A DNA stretch of 64,000 nt from Eledone cirrhosa (lineage: Eukaryota): NCBI GenBank assembly GCA_964016885.1, contig OZ024747.1, positions 10,912,001 through 10,976,000 of the forward strand. The letters are read 5' to 3'. Of this stretch, positions 55,876-64,000 are shown piece after piece. Positions within the stretch are counted from its first letter, which is position 1. Every line of letters begins with the position of its first letter. The position numbers were made by a program, and so were the translations under genes. The notes beneath the pieces are model-generated. The model made no database searches and was not told where the DNA came from. It saw only the letters and a list, made by a program, of their open reading frames with translations.

Positions 55876-55880
<5 letters not shown>
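55463..55880 (+). mobile_element. Penelope-LTR-like module: inverted partial copy and HHR (55613-55683)
   Basis: CTGATGA-gctttg..caaagc-GAAACCGATCGGTA; 55463-55569 is inverted at ~55643-55750. Confidence 0.8.
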
Positions 55881-55948
<68 letters not shown>

Positions 55949-56237
55949 GAGTGAGAGAAGAAAGAATGATGAATTATATTGTATTTGAAGCTGTCACCTC
56001 AGTCAAAAATACTAGTATTTCAGGATGTATATCTATCATCAGTCACGTTTATATACATGATACTGAAGTTGTAGTGAAACAGGGAAGCTAATAGATAATA
56101 TATAGAAGGAGTAACGAGTGAGACGTGTATATGTTTATTATATGTCTCTAGGCAAAGTTAACCTCGGAAGTTCAAATCCCGCCGAGGTTAACTTTGCCTT
56201 TTATCCTTCCGGGGTCGATAAAATAAAGTACCAGTAA

Positions 56238-56319
56238 TTTTGTGCCTCTCCTTTGTTCTGTCCTACGCCATCTTGAAAAAACAAGATGGCGTAGGACAGA
56301 ACAAAGGAGAGGCACAAAA
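56238..56319. repeat. Perfect 38-bp-arm hairpin next to a truncated SINE (56168-56237)
   Basis: ttttgtgcctc..catcttg-A6-caagatg..gaggcacaaaa. Confidence 0.9.
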
Positions 56320-57030
56320 ACAAAGAAAAGAATCCCCAGTCACTGAAGAGGTCACAGAATGTGTGACGAAAGAACTTTGACAATATATAAACAATCATCT
56401 GGTTGTGGAACCGACCAACCAACCGGAAATTTATAAATTCCCAAATTTATAAATTTATTATAATAAATTGAAGTGAAAGCAACTGGTGCGTGTGTTTCTT
56501 ATTGGCAACGTGACCCTCCCAAAGTATAACAATATCGGTTTCAACACACGTTTTCAGATAAAGAATCTTGCTAAACAAATTCAGAAACGAAATATATATA
56601 TATATATATACTTCGAAATCAGACTTGTAATTTCAAACAACCTCACCATCTTTTATGAACCAATACGCCATTACTATAACCATTCTGAATCTAAAGATGG
56701 GCGAGCGATGGTTTCGAACCATTAACACATTAACAGAGACGTGGATTTAGGTCTGCTGCCGTTCCAAACCATAAACAAGAAGAATAGAAACAGGAAAAAT
56801 CCTTAATAAAAATTATAAGCCGGGAGTTTTTAATATAACAGGTTTAAAAAAAACTTGTTTCTTACTTATACATATATATGTGTGTGCATGTGAGTGTGTG
56901 TGTGTGAGAGAGAGAGAGTGTGTATTATGTGTGAATGAGTGTGGGTGAGAATGTGTGTGTGTCTATGTATGCATGTATATATATATATATATATACACAC
57001 ACATTAGTGAGTGTGTGTGTGTAGGCACGC

Positions 57031-57061
<31 letters not shown>

Positions 57062-57112
57062 TCTGTATGTGTGTGTGTGTTTACATGCATGTATGTATGT
57101 GTATATAATGTA

Positions 57113-57203
<91 letters not shown>

Positions 57204-57374
57204 GTGTGTGTGTGTGTGTATACGAACTATATGTATATAACCTTGTAGATGAAAGGTTTGTTTATTCATATATTCATAGAGACATAAATCTACGTATATA
57301 TACTTCATTATACAAATGTGTATAAAACCATATAATTATAAATGTATGTATATATATGCGTGTATGTACACACG

Positions 57375-57405
<31 letters not shown>

Positions 57406-57547
57406 TCACACACACCCATGAGTGCACGTACATATATACGTGTATAGTTCTATATACTATCATCTATATTTAGATATATATATAGTTGCATGCTTAGATA
57501 TGGCTATGCACGCACAATATATATGTATGTATGTATATATATATGAT

Positions 57548-57596
<49 letters not shown>

Positions 57597-57730
57597 ATGT
57601 GTGCGTGCGTGCGCGCGTGTATGTATATACATATGTACATATATACATATACCTACACACATACATACATATTTGTATACACACACTCATACATACACAC
57701 ACAAACATACATATATAGACACACACATAC

Positions 57731-57815
<85 letters not shown>

Positions 57816-58808
57816 CACACAATTCATAAAGTCAATAAGGTAGGTACGTGTTTCTACATACATCCCGCTGTTGTTTTTATAAAACGTCTGACGACACCTA
57901 TCGGCGATTATGCGACCAACACGTCCCAGCAATGACATAGATTCTCTGTCAGTACCGCCATCTTTAATTGCCTCCATTTTCTACTCAACTCTCGGCCTGT
58001 CGACTTGATAAATATTGCTATTAAACTAGCTAATTGTTTCACTGTCTCTACCATGTCTTCCTAGCAGACGCCAGCTCTCAGCTTTGACCGTATCTTTCGC
58101 CTAATCAACACTAATTTCAATCAACTCTCCTAACGTACATATCCACATCATCTATTAGATCATTTACTATGGATATTCACGCGTATTTCACGAAAACCTA
58201 TACTTATGTATATGACATACACAGACACACACAGACAGATACACACACACACATATACACACATAGACAAACACACACAGACACACATACACAGATACAC
58301 ACATAGACAAACACACATAGACACACATACACAGATACACACACAGATACACACACATAGACAAACACACACAGATACACAAACACACATAGACACATTC
58401 ATACACAGATACACACACAGATACACACACATAGACAAACACACACAGATACACAAACACACATAGACACATTCATACACAGATACACACACAGATACAC
58501 ACACACAGACAAACACACACAGACACACATATACACAGATACACACACACAGATACACACATAGACAAACGCACACAGACACACACATACACAGATACAC
58601 ACATAGACAAACACACACAGATACACACACAGATACACACACACAGATACACACATAGACAAACACACACACAGACAAACACGTAGAGACACACAAGCAC
58701 ACACAAACACAAAATATATGCACATACATAACGAAACACACACACTTATGCCCACAGATATCTGCCTACCTGTTTATTTAGATTGCTCTAACTAGCATTC
58801 ATATCACT

Positions 58809-58892
<84 letters not shown>

Positions 58893-58910
58893 TACATATA
58901 TATATATATA

Positions 58911-60005
<1,095 letters not shown>

Positions 60006-60034
60006 ATATATATATATATATGTATATATATATG

Positions 60035-60198
<164 letters not shown>

Positions 60199-60225
60199 AA
60201 TATATATATATATAAATATACATAT

Positions 60226-60300
<75 letters not shown>

Positions 60301-60307
<7 letters not shown>

Positions 60308-60935
60308 GACGTAAAATAAGAAAATTTTAAAAATTGAAAATCAACTTACTTATTAAAATTTTCACTCCAACTAATTAGTTTCTGCAATGGGATAAATATA
60401 GTTACATAATATAACTATAGAGAATTCATTACGTCATCAGGGAGTCTATTCTCAGCTAAGTTCCCAGGCAATGCGCGGACACTAGGAACCCATATAAAAA
60501 TAATAATTCAGTGGATAGAATAAAGCTAGCGAGGACTAAATTCCGGAGCACTGAAAAAATTTCACTGCCTCTGGTCAGTGGCAGATTCTAAAGAATCAAT
60601 CACGTGACACCGAGGTTAATCAGTTAGGAGCGGGGTGGTATTATGACAAGAGCCTACTACTACCATGAAACAGCAGTAAATTTTGGCAAGTTTTGCTCAA
60701 CAAATAATCTGGAATTAGAGAATTAGTACGTAATGAATTAGTACGTAATGAATTCTCTATAGTTATATTATGTAACTATATTTATCCCATTACAGAAACT
60801 AATTAGTTGGAGTGAAAATTTTAGTAAGTAAGTTGATTTTTAATTTTTTAAATTTTCTTATTTTACGTCTTTCATATAATTGTTCTGCAACCCCCTGCAT
60901 AGAGCCACATAGGTACTAAGACATAACTTATATAT
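60301..60935. mobile_element. Penelope-like module with ~130-bp inverted repeats and a minus-strand HHR (60365-60444)
   Basis: ctcc-CTGATGA..GAAACTAATTAGTT-ggag on minus; 60301-60433 is inverted at ~60742-60876. Confidence 0.8.
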
Positions 60936-60982
60936 TTGCTAGCATGAGTGTACATCTGTACACATATGTTGGTAGATGTACT

Positions 60983-61099
<117 letters not shown>

Positions 61100-61189
61100 T
61101 CTTCTTTTTATCTTCGTTTTTCTTCGTCTTTCTTTCTCTATAACTGTCCTCAATAGTTTCACTACCAAATCAACTTTTTAAATGGAAGT

Positions 61190-61440
61190 TGCATTATTCT
61201 AAGGTATGTCAAAATTATTTATAAAACAGCTTATATATTGTATTTTGTCTGAGGATGGCATACCATATTTTTAATATGATATCCCAGAAATATATATAAC
61301 GAAATAAATATGGTTTTATAAATATAGTTTCCATTTGTTTAATATCGTAAACCTACTCCAAAAACTGTTGAGTGCTTTTATATCAGTTATAAAATATTTA
61401 CTCGTTGTAACCCAACAATTTTAAATAAATCTTTTGCATA
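61190..61440 (+). mobile_element. Penelope-LTR-like module with HHR (CTGAGGA 61249, GAAA 61287)
   Basis: Family shared with 3873, 37325 and 58911. Confidence 0.65.
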
Positions 61441-61498
61441 TATATATACGTAACTCTATACTTTAAAGCATGGCGTCCGACTCTCTACGGATACTGCC

Positions 61499-61672
<174 letters not shown>

Positions 61673-61673
61673 G

Positions 61674-61712
<39 letters not shown>

Positions 61713-61714
<2 letters not shown>

Positions 61715-61895
61715 GGCAGTATCCGTAGAGAGTCGGACGCCATGCTTTAAAGTATAGAGTTACGTCCCTTTATGATCTGAGTTCAAATCCCGCCGAGGTT
61801 CACTTTGCCTTTCATCCTTACGGGGTCGATAAAATAAAGTACCAGTAATACACTGGAATAATTGCTGGCCTTGTGCCAAAAGTAGAAACAATTAT
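61713..61895 (+). mobile_element. SINE copy whose 5' 60 bp is mirrored at 61448-61507
   Basis: Direct reading. Confidence 0.85.
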
Positions 61896-62139
61896 TACTA
61901 TATATATATATATCAAAATAAAAATCTGAAGTTGAGTCAAACAAAACCGTACGTTAAAACTATCCACCAAGCAGAGTACTCACAACCTCTAACTGGATTA
62001 CGTATAACGATAACTTGTTATCCCATATATATATATATACGTGTGTGTGTAATTGTGCGTGTGCATGTATGTGTGAATGTTTGTGTGTGCCTGTGTGCGT
62101 GCGTGTAGGTGGATATATATGTAAAATATATATATATAT

Positions 62140-62335
62140 AACGAAGGAAATGTGGTAAGGAACCAGATGGACCATAACGCACCAAAGTACTCAATACTTA
62201 GGGTAGTAGAGTGTAGAGTGGGTAATAGGAACGAGTAGGACCCCGACGGCTGAGCTCAAGCCGTTTCGACTAAGATTTTAGTCCAGAATTAGCCGTCGAA
62301 ACGGCTTGAGCTCAGCCGTCGAGGTCCTACTCGTT

Positions 62336-62340
<5 letters not shown>
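62140..62340 (-). mobile_element. Penelope-LTR-like fragment with palindrome 62225-62340 (HHR 3' half in both arms)
   Basis: GAAACggcttgagctcagccGTC in both orientations. Confidence 0.65.
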
Positions 62341-62418
<78 letters not shown>

Positions 62419-63469
62419 ACACTAGGTGTATCAGAAAAGTAACAGGTTTTAGTGTGTTATATGAGCTGTAAGTGGGGTAGAGATTAGCGGGTTGCTTCTC
62501 TGTAAAACCTGCAACATTATGGCAACCAATGATGTTGACCTGTTCTTCATTTTGGATACCTGTCACTGTTGTTCAGAAAGTAGAATTGGTCCAGTGCCAG
62601 ACCCTTCTTCACTTAAAGAGGATTCAAAGACGGACATCACTTGATCAAAACGACTTTCACGTTTGTTGCAGGAGCATGGCCACTTGGTTTTTTGGGGTTT
62701 TTTTTTTTAGGAATTCCATTAGATACCAATTTCCAAGGTGTTCTAACCCCCTCAGCTCTTTCTCGGGTGTTTGTCTCCCCACCACCACCACCCTTCGGTT
62801 TCGTAACCTCGTCTCCTCTGGCTATCCACTAAGAACTTCCGACCGAATCAGATACGAAACATTTTAACATGTCATGCCCATCTATCCAGGGCCACACGAC
62901 ATTGTCTGACAGCATCAGCTTGCATCCACACGTGACCAGTGAATTATCCTCCTCCTCCTCCTCCTTCTTCTTCTTCTTCTTCTTCTTGAGAGGGTGGTAG
63001 GGTGAAAGAGTCCTCAAAACACTCCTTCCAACTGATCCTGTCAGACGCAACTGTCTCCAACTCATCCAGCAGATCATTACACTCTATATAGAATTTCAAC
63101 CATTAGAATGCCACCATTGTAAACAAAGGAATTTAGTCATTAACTGAGACAATGGGCTTTTATTATTTTAATTACAAATCCTCCCCCGCCCCCACCTTGT
63201 ATTATTCACGTCTTATCCCCCACCTTCCTCATCTTTCCTCTGCACCAATCTACATCTCTAAATCTAAATTTAAAACATTACTATTGATTAATCTACTGTA
63301 GATTTAATTAACTCAGCACCCTTTAATTTATATAAATATGATCGCAGTTTAATTAACTCCCTTCTAATCATATATTAATACGTTAATTTTATAGCGGTTT
63401 TAACTGGTTTATTAACTTAGTTTTTATTGCTTTTATAATATTTGCCTGAAAATTTGATTATACTATCGA

Positions 63470-63550
<81 letters not shown>

Positions 63551-63564
63551 GTATGAGATGTCAA

Positions 63565-63760
63565 CATGAATGGACCTGTTATTTTTTCCAATTCCATCCC
63601 GCCCGTCCCCTCAATCTATCTTATTTCTCATTCTTTCTTCTGATGAAGGACTAGCGTCCGAAACGTTAAGACCCTCTTCCTGCTGTATCAACAAACGTTA
63701 ACCTAATTTATCCCTTCCATATACTTTACCGATTGTGTGGTTATTTCTGTTTACCTTTTA
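63565..63760 (+). mobile_element. Penelope-LTR-like module with minimal HHR (63640-63671)
   Basis: tctt-CTGATGAaggactagcgtccGAAACGTT-aaga; the last 50 bp are mirrored at 63861-63912. Confidence 0.8.
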
Positions 63761-63788
63761 CACACACACACACACACAAACACACACG

Positions 63789-63865
<77 letters not shown>

Positions 63866-63903
63866 GGTAAACAGAAATAACCACACAATCGGTAAAGTAT
63901 ATG

Positions 63904-64000
<97 letters not shown>

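Overview
Very AT-rich eukaryotic DNA saturated with microsatellites. It is probably cephalopod/octopus; this is an inference from the tRNA/Meta-domain SINE and the repeat landscape. I find no supportable host gene, and nearly all listed ORFs are translations of simple repeats. The unique-looking islands are retroelement pieces. (1) About 25 type I hammerhead-ribozyme (HHR) motifs lie in short Penelope-LTR/retrozyme-like modules embedded in (TA)n, many as inverted pairs. They include a near-perfect 310-bp HHR tandem array (12978-15993; ~2.3 minus and ~7.3 plus units head-to-head) and a family with a compensated U3-A8 core. (2) R4/Dong-like RLE LINEs sit in (TACA)n, and one copy keeps a 263-aa CCHC/RHD/PD-(D/E)xK ORF. 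(3) Tx1-like 3' fragments sit in (ATT)n and (GATA)n. (4) A ~605-bp non-autonomous RTE-derived element is present, with one twin-priming-type inverted copy. (5) There are also SINEs, a decayed Penelope RT, RTE relics, LINE-derived minisatellites and many fold-back palindromes. All structures were read by eye and need computational and experimental confirmation.
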